A stretch of 64,000 nucleotides of DNA from Marvinbryantia sp. (GTDB taxonomy: Bacteria; Bacillota; Clostridia; Lachnospirales; Lachnospiraceae), in assembly GCA_050944495.1 (NCBI GenBank), contig JBMNRF010000012.1:1263-65262 (forward strand). Reading direction: 5' to 3'. Position numbers and translations under genes: made by a program. Numbering within the stretch: position 1 is the first letter of the stretch; each line of letters opens with the position of its first letter. This document shows, piece by piece, positions 10,102 to 18,790 of the stretch. The notes beneath the pieces are model-generated. The model did no database searches and was not told the DNA's origin. It saw nothing but the letters and a program-made list of their open reading frames with translations.

Positions 10102-10992
10102 TTATCCGGAAACTGCCATTAGGAACCAGGATAACGCATATAAGATGTAGATATGGGTCGGATAAAAGATATAGAAGAATTTTCCGTATCCGGCGCCGCG
10201 TTTTCCATTATAACACAGGAGAAACGGTACTGCAAAGATGGCCCCAAGCCATTCGTAATACATAGTAAACATCTGAGAAAATGTAAAGTCCGGAAAAGTT
10301 CTTACCTGAAGGTATACAAATACAAAATGCCATACGAAATTAAGGATGACCATAGCTGTTATCTGGACTTTGCGATTCTTATGTGTGAAATACAGAAGAA
10401 TTCCGGTTAACAAAACAGGAAGCGTTACATCTCCGGAAATATTGATCATCGGAAGAATAGTATACCCAAGGATGCCGATCACCGTAGCACATGTGGTATT
10501 TATACTGCTTAATGTTACTGCCACAAATGGCCATACCAAAAGAGCAAGTAAGATGCCACAGCCAGCCCCAATCTTTTTCGGTTTTCCGCTTGCAATCCAT
10601 TCAAAAGATTGGAAACACAGGATTAAAAGAACAAACGAGGATACCATGGCATTTTGAGGATAAAATCCATCCGGTCGCACAAAAAAACCTCCAAACCGCA
10701 TGAAAAACAAAAGTAATCCCATGGGAACGGATATACAAAGCATTTTGCCAAGATATTTTTTCCGGCTTTTGGTATGTACAAAACCTTCCACTAAACAAAA
10801 AAGAAACAGCGGAGCTGCCAGACGTCCTGCCAGTCCAAACCACCAGGGAATGATATTTGTGTATCCGAAGAAATAATAGATATGATCCATCAACATGGAG
10901 AGCAGGGCAATAAATTTAATCCCAGTTCCTGTGATTCCACGCTTTGCAGCTCTCCAGGGTGTTTTTGCTACAGAAATATTGTTGCTGTTCAT
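10102..10992 (-). CDS. TraX-family membrane protein
   Basis: 296 aa, polytopic. The N-terminal IKFIALLSMLMDHIYYFF matches the TraX-family signature. It is the first gene of the TraX-RR-HK operon. Confidence 0.65.
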   Translation of the reverse strand: MNSNNISVAKTPWRAAKRGITGTGIKFIALLSMLMDHIYYFFGYTNIIPWWFGLAGRLAAPLFLFCLVEGFVHTKSRKKYLGKMLCISVPMGLLLFFMRFGGFFVRPDGFYPQNAMVSSFVLLILCFQSFEWIASGKPKKIGAGCGILLALLVWPFVAVTLSSINTTCATVIGILGYTILPMINISGDVTLPVLLTGILLYFTHKNRKVQITAMVILNFVWHFVFVYLQVRTFPDFTFSQMFTMYYEWLGAIFAVPFLLCYNGKRGAGYGKFFYIFYPTHIYILYALSWFLMAVSG

Positions 10993-11459
10993 AAAAAACC
11001 TCCTTCATATACGGCATTTTAATAGGCCGCTCTTGTTTATAGGTTTATGATAAAACATGATTCTAAGGATTTTATAAGGACAAATAAAAAACTTAGGTGT
11101 CCCGTGTTTTTTAAGAAAAAAATGTGAAAATGCAGTTTCTGAAGGAGACTTATATAACAAAGAAATTTTATGCCCCGTTATCAAAAAATATATACAAAGA
11201 TCATGTGATAATATATAATACTGTTATGAATTATCCACAAAGAAAGGGATGGTAATATTATTATTGATATGCAGGAAAAATATATTCAAGCGGAAGGTAA
11301 TGTTACAACATGGGATTTCAGCGATGAATAGAATAAATGAACCGATCACATATTCCCGTCTGGAGTTATAGTTTTTGTCTCAAATGAAAAAGAAATCTAA
11401 ATAGCTGAAAGATGCTTTAATAGGATTGGTACAATTTAATTTTTATGGAGTTAAATAAT

Positions 11460-11903
11460 ATGAAAAAGAAATGGGCTCTCTTTATAATAGTTATTGTCAT
11501 GGTAGTTTTTATTACCGCGATCATTTTCATTCTGTCCGGACACAAGGGCAATACGGTTAATGTCAATCGTGTAGTTGGTACTTCCGCGTTGTATGATGAA
11601 GAACTGATCAACAAGGCATTTGATGCGGTGGAAGATAAATTTGCATCTGATTTTAAAGGCTGTACATTAACGGAACTGCGCTATGACAAAGAAGTAGAAA
11701 ATAAATTTGTTGATGAAATGCAGCAATACAAGACATTACATAATCGGGAACTTATGATTGTATTGTCTGATTTTGTAACGGACAGAAGCGCTGGAGATTT
11801 AGGCATGATACCGAATGAAATTTACAAGGATTGGAGCTGGAGTCTGGTACGAGTTGATAATCGTCAGGGCTGGAAAGTTGTTGAAGGGGGCTGGGGATAT
11901 TGA
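11460..11903 (+). CDS. hypothetical membrane-anchored protein
   Basis: ATG 11460 lies 9 nt after GGAG (11447-11450). N-terminal TM (WALFIIVIVMVVFITAIIFIL) plus a soluble domain. Confidence 0.6.
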   Translation: MKKKWALFIIVIVMVVFITAIIFILSGHKGNTVNVNRVVGTSALYDEELINKAFDAVEDKFASDFKGCTLTELRYDKEVENKFVDEMQQYKTLHNRELMIVLSDFVTDRSAGDLGMIPNEIYKDWSWSLVRVDNRQGWKVVEGGWGY

Positions 11904-11928
11904 TGATCGTGGTAAGCCGGCAAAGGGA

Positions 11929-12441
11929 ATGGCAAAAATGAGCAATAAATTGATTAAATCAAAAGATCTGGAAGCGAAAATACTTAGAAAAAAAAGGATC
12001 TGGAAGCTTTGTGCGGTTTTGCTGGGAGCAGTCATAGTCTTATTTTTGTTCATTTGGACAAGGGTGGCAATCACCTCTGCTAAATTTGAAAAACAAATGG
12101 AGCAGATGGTTTTGGGAAAAGACTATTTTATAGAAGATGTTGTAATTAAGAAAAAAGACACCTATAGCTCTCCCAGTGGAAAATATAGTGTATCTACAAA
12201 TTATTTCTTTTATTATGATACTGACAAGAAAATGCAGATACCTGGGAAAATATATGGGGAGTATGAAGTGGGGGACAGTATTCCGGCTTATACTACAGAC
12301 CATGTTTATTATGATTACGAAAAAGACGGGATATTACCAAGGGAAGAATTTCGCGATAACGAACTACTGAAGGCTGCCGGAGTAGTCTGCGGCTGTGTAA
12401 TCTGTTTACTGGCGTTATATTTATTCTTGGACAGACTGTGA
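11929..12441 (+). CDS. hypothetical membrane protein
   Basis: The ORF-track frame starts at 11815 and overlaps the upstream gene. An internal ATG at 11929 or 11938 is more likely. It has one TM near the N-terminus and one at the C-terminus. Confidence 0.5.
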   Translation: MAKMSNKLIKSKDLEAKILRKKRIWKLCAVLLGAVIVLFLFIWTRVAITSAKFEKQMEQMVLGKDYFIEDVVIKKKDTYSSPSGKYSVSTNYFFYYDTDKKMQIPGKIYGEYEVGDSIPAYTTDHVYYDYEKDGILPREEFRDNELLKAAGVVCGCVICLLALYLFLDRL

Positions 12442-12523
12442 AAAGAACAAACGGAGAAAGTCTTTGGAAAGTGTGCTCCACGCAAAGATAGAGGTATCAA
12501 AAGTGGAATCATGAGAGGGATAT

Positions 12524-12838
12524 TTGGTTGCACTTGCTGTCATCTACATACTTGCAGTCGCAGTATATCTTCTTTTTGCGAGAATTCTGATAAAAAAGGA
12601 TATCTATAATCCCTCATTCTCAAAGAAAATGACAGGAGGATGGTGTATGATCAGTTTTGCTATGCTTGGAATAGGTGCTGCAAAAGTGCTCAGTACGAAA
12701 GCAGGGTATACCACTATGGTAAGAATTGCAAGTTTCGGTTTTTATCTGGTTTCATTACTTTGTATTTTGGGAGTGTTTCATCTGGTGAAATATTTTGTTG
12801 TTAAAAAAATGGAAGTTGAAAAAAGTGATATGATATAA
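12524..12838 (+). CDS. small hypothetical membrane protein
   Basis: 104 aa with 3 hydrophobic segments. The TTG start is uncertain. Confidence 0.45.
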   Translation: MVALAVIYILAVAVYLLFARILIKKDIYNPSFSKKMTGGWCMISFAMLGIGAAKVLSTKAGYTTMVRIASFGFYLVSLLCILGVFHLVKYFVVKKMEVEKSDMI

Positions 12839-12851
12839 GGATTTCAGAGCA

Positions 12852-13187
12852 ATGAAAAAGACAGATTGTGAATTAAAAACCTCGGAACAACTGACAGAAG
12901 AGAAGATAGATATAAACAATTATGACATCAAAGAAAAAGGATGGTTGAGGATCTTATTTTTGACAGGAACGATATTTCTTTCAGGATTGTTATTGTATGG
13001 CTTTATAGATGGACAGGCAACGGCTTCTGTTGTAGTGGCATACGAGATCTTGAATGCTTTTTTGGGAATATGTACCCTGCGTTTGTTCCTATGGAGGGTG
13101 AAGTTCAATGATGAAGCAATTGGATATCGCTCACTTCTGGGAAAAAGGTGTTATAATTTTGGGGATATAACGGGGAGGGTTATATAA
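12852..13187 (+). CDS. small hypothetical membrane protein, possibly 3'-frameshifted
   Basis: 111 aa with two TM segments. Another frame continues a plausible sequence (KENGTLEIYSGDKK...) past the stop. Confidence 0.45.
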   Translation: MKKTDCELKTSEQLTEEKIDINNYDIKEKGWLRILFLTGTIFLSGLLLYGFIDGQATASVVVAYEILNAFLGICTLRLFLWRVKFNDEAIGYRSLLGKRCYNFGDITGRVI

Positions 13188-13559
13188 AGAAAACGGTACA
13201 TTAGAAATCTATTCGGGAGATAAAAAATATTCAAATTTGACTAAAATATTAATGCGGCATTATTTGAATATAGCCTGTCTCAACATAAGATTCCACGGGA
13301 AACTAAAAGTGATTTTGTAATTGGAAATTCAGCGGTATTTACTGGTGAGTCTACGCTTGATAAAATAGTAGATATACCAAGTGAGTTGATTCAGTCATTG
13401 GAATCATCAGAAATGTTTGTTGACGGCAGACACATTTCTACGTGCCTATGAAGCGGCGGCTTTGAGGAAAATTCAGAGCCGTCGTTTCTTTTTACTTTCT
13501 GCCGCAGGGTAATATTTTGGTTGATTCTGGTGTCTAAGAGATGAAAGGAGGAAAAAAGG

Positions 13560-14060
13560 ATGATGGCGGAACAAGAACTGGAACGATTGATAACTGAATA
13601 TGGCGATGCAGTCCTACGGATGTGCTACCTTTATTTGAAAGACTATCATTTAGTAGAAGATGCGGCACAGGATACTTTCATAAAAGCAATGAAATATTAT
13701 GATAGCTTTAACCAAAAATCAAGTGAAAAGACATGGCTAACAAGAATTGCCATTAACTGTTGCAAAAATATCATGCGGATGGGTTGGTTCCGTTTTGGAC
13801 GAGGGTGCCTGATAGAAGAGGTGCAGGTAGTTGCTGCTGATTCAATAGAGAACGTAGTGGAAAAGGACAGTATTACCAGAGCCATCCAAAGTCTGAAAAT
13901 CCATGACAGAGAACTCATTATTTTATATTATTATCAGGAACTGTCTATGAAAGAAATTGCACAGCTGATCGGAAAATCGGAAAATGCGACAATACAGCGT
14001 GTGAATCGTGCCAGAAAAAGGCTTGGGGAAATTTTAAAGGAGGCAGGGTATGAAACGTAA
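13560..14060 (+). CDS. ECF-type RNA polymerase sigma factor (sigma-70 family)
   Basis: 166 aa. Region 2 (EDAAQDTFIKAMKYYDSF...TWLTRIAINCCKN) and region 4 (LSMKEIAQLIGKSENATIQRVNRARKRL). RBS AAAGGAGG lies upstream. Confidence 0.85.
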   Translation: MMAEQELERLITEYGDAVLRMCYLYLKDYHLVEDAAQDTFIKAMKYYDSFNQKSSEKTWLTRIAINCCKNIMRMGWFRFGRGCLIEEVQVVAADSIENVVEKDSITRAIQSLKIHDRELIILYYYQELSMKEIAQLIGKSENATIQRVNRARKRLGEILKEAGYET

Positions 14061-14844
14061 AGAAATCAAACAAAAAATAGACACTGAACTTAGCGAGATG
14101 GTTTTTACAGATAGTATGAAGAAAATAATTTCTGAGGGGACGAAGGAACATTTCTCTTACTCGATGCTGAGATACGCTGTTATGATTGTAGCGATCTTTT
14201 TGCTTGGCGGAACGACCGTATTTGCAGGCTATCATCTTTTGAATAAAGTAAATGTCAATGAAACGACTCTTCCTACGCTGGATGCAATGCAGGTGGTAGA
14301 AATAGCGCAGCTCGAAGCAGAGCCAGATGAATATGGGCGTGTTCGCACAGATTTCTTCGATTACGCTGCGCTACAATCCACTCTCGGAATTGATTTGCTG
14401 GAGAGTAAATACGCAATAGAACAGTCGTATTTGCAGGGAAGCATTGAAACAGACCAGAAAGATTATGTAATCATAAAGATGGAAAATTATATCATAGGGG
14501 ATACCGATAACTATACATATTTGGAAGAGGAAAACCGATATCAGTACGAGCATGGAAATATGTACTATTCACCGGTATCATTGTCGATGGATCTGATTCT
14601 GAGTCAGGAACAGTTGGGGCAGGGCTGGGAAACGGATTATCTGGGACTTTATGAATATGTAGAAAGCTATACGTCTAAGCAGGGCTACAAGGTAAATCTT
14701 ATTCAGGATAAAACAGGCGATGATATGGAGAAGGATTACACTTCAGAAAAATGTGCGGTATTTGTGGCGGATGGTATACGCTATACGATATGTGGCAGGA
14801 CGTCCAAAGGGATGATAAAAGAAATTGTAGATAGTATGAAATAA
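14050..14844 (+). CDS. putative anti-sigma factor (single TM, extracytoplasmic C-terminal domain)
   Basis: 264 aa. Overlaps the sigma gene by 11 nt. Short cytoplasmic N-terminus, one TM (AVMIVAIFLLGGTTVFAGY) and a ~190-aa outside domain. Confidence 0.55.
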   Translation: MKRKEIKQKIDTELSEMVFTDSMKKIISEGTKEHFSYSMLRYAVMIVAIFLLGGTTVFAGYHLLNKVNVNETTLPTLDAMQVVEIAQLEAEPDEYGRVRTDFFDYAALQSTLGIDLLESKYAIEQSYLQGSIETDQKDYVIIKMENYIIGDTDNYTYLEEENRYQYEHGNMYYSPVSLSMDLILSQEQLGQGWETDYLGLYEYVESYTSKQGYKVNLIQDKTGDDMEKDYTSEKCAVFVADGIRYTICGRTSKGMIKEIVDSMK

Positions 14845-14857
14845 GATTATAAATAAA

Positions 14858-14880
14858 AGAGGGATTTTTGAAAATCCTCT
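14858..14880 (+). terminator. hairpin after the anti-sigma gene
   Basis: AGAGGGATTT-ttga-AAATCCTCT, about 9 bp with one bulged G. The T-tract is weak. Confidence 0.4.
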
Positions 14881-15013
14881 ATTATAATTTAGGTAGGTAG
14901 TATGGATATAGAGATCATATGAAAGCCGAGCCTTGTCCTTCCTCTGGGAAGCTATAACTACCTATCAGCATTACCATTCTAACTAAAGCAGCAGAATCAT
15001 AGTTATTTTTGTT

Positions 15014-15049
15014 GCGCCAGTTTCCTATTTCGTGAAGCTGGCGCTTTTT
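15014..15049 (+). terminator. orphan rho-independent terminator
   Basis: GCGCCAG (15014-15020) pairs with CTGGCGC (15038-15044), followed by TTTTT. No annotated + strand ORF precedes it. Confidence 0.5.
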
Positions 15050-15243
15050 CAGATTTCCATAAAGTTGTAAAGATTAAATTATGGTTAGCCTGTTAGTTAT
15101 ACAAACTGAGATTTATATAATTATCTCTCTAACTTTCCCCATTTTATAGGCTTTCCCGCCTGTTCATTAGTGAAATGATATGTAGTTTCCCTTATTTTTG
15201 TCCCTATGAGATAATCACAAGGGAAATAAGGGAATTTTCTTAA

Positions 15244-15363
15244 TCATTGCTTACCACTTTTACCAAGAAGCCTAACTGATTTTCGTTTAGCATCTCTTGT
15301 GGAGTGAACATAGACATTCATTGTGGTACTTACATCTAAGTGTCCAACAATTATAGTTTTCAT
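15244..15363 (-). pseudogene. C-terminal tail fragment of a tyrosine recombinase/integrase
   Basis: The minus strand reads MKTIIVGHLDVSTTMNVYVHSTRDAKRKSVRLLGKSGKQ*. GH..v.tTm.vYvH is the conserved box II region with the catalytic Tyr. There is no upstream body. Confidence 0.6.
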
Positions 15364-15443
15364 GATACCGACTATTTAATTTCGTGTTATGTTTAATAAT
15401 TGTTGATTGTTTTCTGCAGTAACATTAAAATTAAAGTGTCCAC

Positions 15444-15461
15444 CTAACAAAAATCTAACAT
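15444..15461 (+). promoter_or_regulatory. direct-repeat box CTAACA-N5-CTAACA, candidate OmpR-type response-regulator site
   Basis: CTAACAaaaatCTAACAt. It ends 10 nt upstream of the -10-like TATTAT (15471-15476). A near-identical box lies at 17361-17378. Confidence 0.6.
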
Positions 15462-15508
15462 CAAATTTGTTATTATCTATTCCAAATACAAAAAAGGAGG
15501 TCCTTTAT

Positions 15509-16183
15509 TTGCGAATATTACTTGTAGAAGATGAAAAACTGCTTTCCGGTTATCTTGTCAAGGGTCTGAAGAACAGCGGTTATGCAGTGGATGCTGCCTA
15601 TGACGGAGAAGATGCTTTATACGAATATTCCGTTAATGATTATGATTTAATCGTTCTTGATTTGAATTTACCCAAAAAGGATGGCTTAGAGGTACTTCGG
15701 GAAATACGAGAAAAAGACACTGAAATCAAAATTATTATTCTCTCTGCCCGGAGTAAAGTCGATGACCGTATTCTTGGTCTGGATGAAGGTGCAAACGATT
15801 ATCTTATTAAGCCTTTCGATTTTTGGGAATTAGAAGCCCGTATCCGAAATTTGTTACGCAGAGAGTTTTCGCAGGCTCCTGTTGTTTTATCCATGTATGG
15901 GTTGGAACTGGATACAAAAGCAAAGAAAGCAAGCTATCAAGGAAATGAAATTATGCTGACACGCAAAGAATACGGCATTTTGGAATATTTGATGCTCCAC
16001 CAAAATCAAGTAATCAGTGCAGAAGAATTGACAGAGCATGTGTGGAATAATGAATTTGATCCTTTCTCTAATACTTTCCGCTATCATATTCATAGCTTAA
16101 AGAAAAAGCTGAATATTTCTACACAAAAAGAGTGGATTAAAACTGTTCGTGGGCAAGGATATATGATGGAGGATGTGATATGA
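15509..16183 (+). CDS. OmpR-family response regulator
   Basis: The TTG start at 15509 lies 9 nt after AAAGGAGG (15492-15499). The ORF-track extension from 15407 has no support. It has a receiver domain (ILLVEDE, LDLNLPKKDG, KPF) and a winged helix (TVRGQGYMM). Confidence 0.9.
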   Translation: MRILLVEDEKLLSGYLVKGLKNSGYAVDAAYDGEDALYEYSVNDYDLIVLDLNLPKKDGLEVLREIREKDTEIKIIILSARSKVDDRILGLDEGANDYLIKPFDFWELEARIRNLLRREFSQAPVVLSMYGLELDTKAKKASYQGNEIMLTRKEYGILEYLMLHQNQVISAEELTEHVWNNEFDPFSNTFRYHIHSLKKKLNISTQKEWIKTVRGQGYMMEDVI

Positions 16184-17313
16184 AACGATTAACTTTACAG
16201 TGGCGGATTACTCTATTAACTGCTTTTATCTTGACAATTTCCAGCATTTCTTTAACTGTGATCGCTATGGCAAATGCAGAAGCGACTTTTGTTTCTCTGT
16301 TTGAGGAAAGTACATATGTATCTCCAGTCGATGCGTTGCCCACAGAAGGGATTTCCGGAGAAGCTTCTACTGCTGGCGAAGCTTCAACCCCGGCCCAGAT
16401 TGCAAAACGCGGATTTGATTTCAGAAGTATTCTCTCCTGTGTGATTTCTACGGTTCTTGGCTCTATCGCCGCATACTATGTTGCGGGAAAAGCCCTCTCT
16501 CCATTACGGGAACTGAGTACAGCGGTTCGATCAATCGACGAAAATACATTGTCACAACGCCTTGCAGATGCACCGGCACACGATGAAGTCGGTACATTAA
16601 CGGAAGGTTTCAATCAAATGCTTGTTCGGTTGGATGATGCCTTTTTGCGTCAAAAACGATTTACAGCAAATGCTGCTCATGAATTAAAAACGCCACTGGC
16701 AACCATGAAAACAGGTATTCAAGTGCTTTCTGCGGATCAAGCAGTTACAATGGATGATTACAAAGATTATACACAGAAAACTTTAAGTAGTATTGATCGG
16801 CTATCCATGATTGTAGATGACTTGCTTTTATTGGCATCTGCTGGAGAAAAAACAGAAAATGAAAAAGAGGAAGTATGGCTGGAGCCATTGTTTGATGCAA
16901 TTTTGAGTGAACTTTCTCCCCAACTGGAACAAAGGGAAGTAACCTGCACAGTAGATTGCGGAGATATATTGATCCGGGGAAATGCCCCTTTTCTGTATCG
17001 CTCCTTTTTCAATTTGATAGAAAATGCCTGTAAATATGGGCGTAAGGGCGGGCATATCTGGGTTACAGCAAGACAGGAAGAACAAGCAATTTGGGTTTCT
17101 GTAAAGGATGATGGGCCGGGGATAAAATCAGAGCATTTGACATATATTTTTGACGCATTTTATAGAGTAGATAAGTCGCGTTCCCGTGAAATGGGAGGTT
17201 CCGGCTTGGGATTATCCTTAGTGAAAACTATGATTGAGACGGAAGGCGGACATATCAGCGTAGACAGTGATGGTATCAATGGAACTTGTTTTACAGTAGA
17301 TTTTTCTATATAA
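16180..17313 (+). CDS. sensor histidine kinase (2 TM + HAMP + HisKA + HATPase)
   Basis: 377 aa. H-box ANAAHELKTPLA, N-box LIENACKYG, G1 VKDDGPGI, G2 GGSGLGLSL. A 4-nt overlap with the RR gene. Confidence 0.9.
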   Translation: MKRLTLQWRITLLTAFILTISSISLTVIAMANAEATFVSLFEESTYVSPVDALPTEGISGEASTAGEASTPAQIAKRGFDFRSILSCVISTVLGSIAAYYVAGKALSPLRELSTAVRSIDENTLSQRLADAPAHDEVGTLTEGFNQMLVRLDDAFLRQKRFTANAAHELKTPLATMKTGIQVLSADQAVTMDDYKDYTQKTLSSIDRLSMIVDDLLLLASAGEKTENEKEEVWLEPLFDAILSELSPQLEQREVTCTVDCGDILIRGNAPFLYRSFFNLIENACKYGRKGGHIWVTARQEEQAIWVSVKDDGPGIKSEHLTYIFDAFYRVDKSRSREMGGSGLGLSLVKTMIETEGGHISVDSDGINGTCFTVDFSI

Positions 17314-17328
17314 TTCATTCTCCTAAAA

Positions 17329-17358
17329 AGGGACGAGATTTTTTTCGTCTCTTTTTTG
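17329..17358 (+). terminator. rho-independent terminator after the kinase gene
   Basis: GGGACGA-gatttttt-TCGTCTC (one G-U pair), followed by TTTTTT. Confidence 0.6.
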
Positions 17359-17360
17359 CT

Positions 17361-17378
17361 CTAACATAAATCTAACAT
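17361..17378 (+). promoter_or_regulatory. second CTAACA-N5-CTAACA box upstream of the redox operon
   Basis: CTAACAtaaatCTAACAt. It ends 10 nt upstream of the extended -10 TGgTATTCT (17385-17393). Confidence 0.6.
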
Positions 17379-17444
17379 TCTATTTGGTATTCTATATTTG
17401 CCAAAGGGCAAAAATAAAAACAAGTTATTACAGGAGGTATAACA

Positions 17445-18647
17445 ATGAAACGAAAAATAATTTCCGGGCTTTTGTGCCTGACCATGGTTTTTGGACTGAC
17501 AGTTTGTGCTTCGGCGGATAGCACTGGAACACCTGCCGACAGTAACACAGCCGGCGCCGAAGTTGCCGCAGGAGACGAGATAATGGAAGGCGCAATCGCT
17601 TCCCCCTTTAATATGAGTCCTGACGCAGAAAATGTTTATCCCTATATGGGAACCACGTTGCGTATCCCGGAGAAGCTGCTCTCCGCGGTGTTAGACAACA
17701 TCGTTTTTATGAGTGTAGAAGAGGATGTAGAATACACGGACTTGGCGGGAACAGATCGTGTCTCTATTGATTGGCGTCCCGATCCCGAAAAAACCATCCT
17801 TCACAGCGGATATATTGAATTCCTGTTTCTGCCGGAAGGAATGAGAGAGAAAGCCCCTACTGCAAATATGAAAACTCCGATGACCTACGAAGAATATACG
17901 GTATGGATCAAAGAGTCGCTGCCTATGGCCCGTCTTGGTATGTATCGAACGGAAGAATTTACAGAAGATATGCTGAATGCCACAGGCTATGAGCAGCATC
18001 ACAAACTTGGGCAGATGAAGGACTATGTTTACTACCTGAGTTTCAACGAGGTTCCGAATGGTCAGACACAGGAGGCCAACGAACTTTTTGCTACACTTGC
18101 CGATCTGGAAAAAGGTATTTCCGTATATGAGCCGAAGCCGGTCGACGAATATTACTTTGGTATCGTTACCCCGGTGGTAAAAGAGATTTCTGAGGTCGGA
18201 GCATTCAACGCACAGACTTTGGACGAAACTCCCGTCGATCAGTCTCTTTTTGCTGATAAAAAACTGACTATGATCAATGTGTGGACGACATGGTGCGGTG
18301 CTTGTATTGATGAAATGCCCGATCTGGAAGAACTCTCCCATGAGTTGACTGATACAGATGCCCAGCTCATCAGCATTGTCTGCGATACCTCTGACTCTCG
18401 TGGGGAGGTCGATGAAGAATTGCTGGAACTGGCACAGCAAATTGTAAAACGCACTGGCGTTACATTCCCCACACTGATCCCGGATAAAGCTCTGCATGAT
18501 GGTTTGCTCAAAGGAATGCTGGGCTATCCAACCACATTCTTTGTAGATGAACAGGGTAATCTGGTTGGAGAGCCGGTTCTTGGCTCAAATTCCAAAGATG
18601 ATTGGATGGAACTGATCCAGGAGCGTCTGGCGGAGGTGAATGAATGA
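17445..18647 (+). CDS. lipoprotein with a C-terminal TlpA/ResA-like thioredoxin domain
   Basis: 400 aa. Signal peptide with lipobox LTVC|AS. The ~270-aa N-terminal domain has no recognised motif. The C-terminal thioredoxin fold has the active site WTTWCGACIDEMP. Confidence 0.8.
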   Translation: MKRKIISGLLCLTMVFGLTVCASADSTGTPADSNTAGAEVAAGDEIMEGAIASPFNMSPDAENVYPYMGTTLRIPEKLLSAVLDNIVFMSVEEDVEYTDLAGTDRVSIDWRPDPEKTILHSGYIEFLFLPEGMREKAPTANMKTPMTYEEYTVWIKESLPMARLGMYRTEEFTEDMLNATGYEQHHKLGQMKDYVYYLSFNEVPNGQTQEANELFATLADLEKGISVYEPKPVDEYYFGIVTPVVKEISEVGAFNAQTLDETPVDQSLFADKKLTMINVWTTWCGACIDEMPDLEELSHELTDTDAQLISIVCDTSDSRGEVDEELLELAQQIVKRTGVTFPTLIPDKALHDGLLKGMLGYPTTFFVDEQGNLVGEPVLGSNSKDDWMELIQERLAEVNE

Positions 18648-18790
18648 GTAAATATAAAGAAGTGATACTGCCTTTTCTGATTATCACTTTGGGAAGTATC
18701 TGCATGTTTGTCGGCGCTTATCGGGGGGAGCTAAAAATTTTGTTTGCAAAGGCAATCAATATCTGTCTGGAGTGTATTGGCATTGGCTAA
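18644..18790 (+). CDS. 48-aa CXXC micro-protein (resembles the 'CD1871A family CXXC motif-containing protein')
   Basis: Not in the ORF track. Its ATG overlaps the upstream TGA (ATGA, 18644-18647). Translation is MSKYKEVILPFLIITLGSICMFVGAYRGELKILFAKAINICLECIGIG: one TM helix plus a C-terminal CLEC. Confidence 0.6.
   Translation: MSKYKEVILPFLIITLGSICMFVGAYRGELKILFAKAINICLECIGIG

Noticed and set aside
12511-12609. 32-codon Cys-rich ORF (MRGIFGCTCCHLHTCSRSISSFCENSDKKGYL) overlapping the start of the 12524 gene
   Set aside because: It is tempting as a RiPP-like peptide. However, it has only a weak RBS, no adjacent maturation genes, and lies out of frame inside a plausible membrane-protein gene. 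It is most likely chance.
17691-18497. 268-aa ORF antisense to the thioredoxin lipoprotein gene
   Set aside because: It is a shadow ORF. It lies fully inside a well-supported sense gene and has a Cys/Phe/Arg-rich, low-complexity composition, no RBS and no motif.
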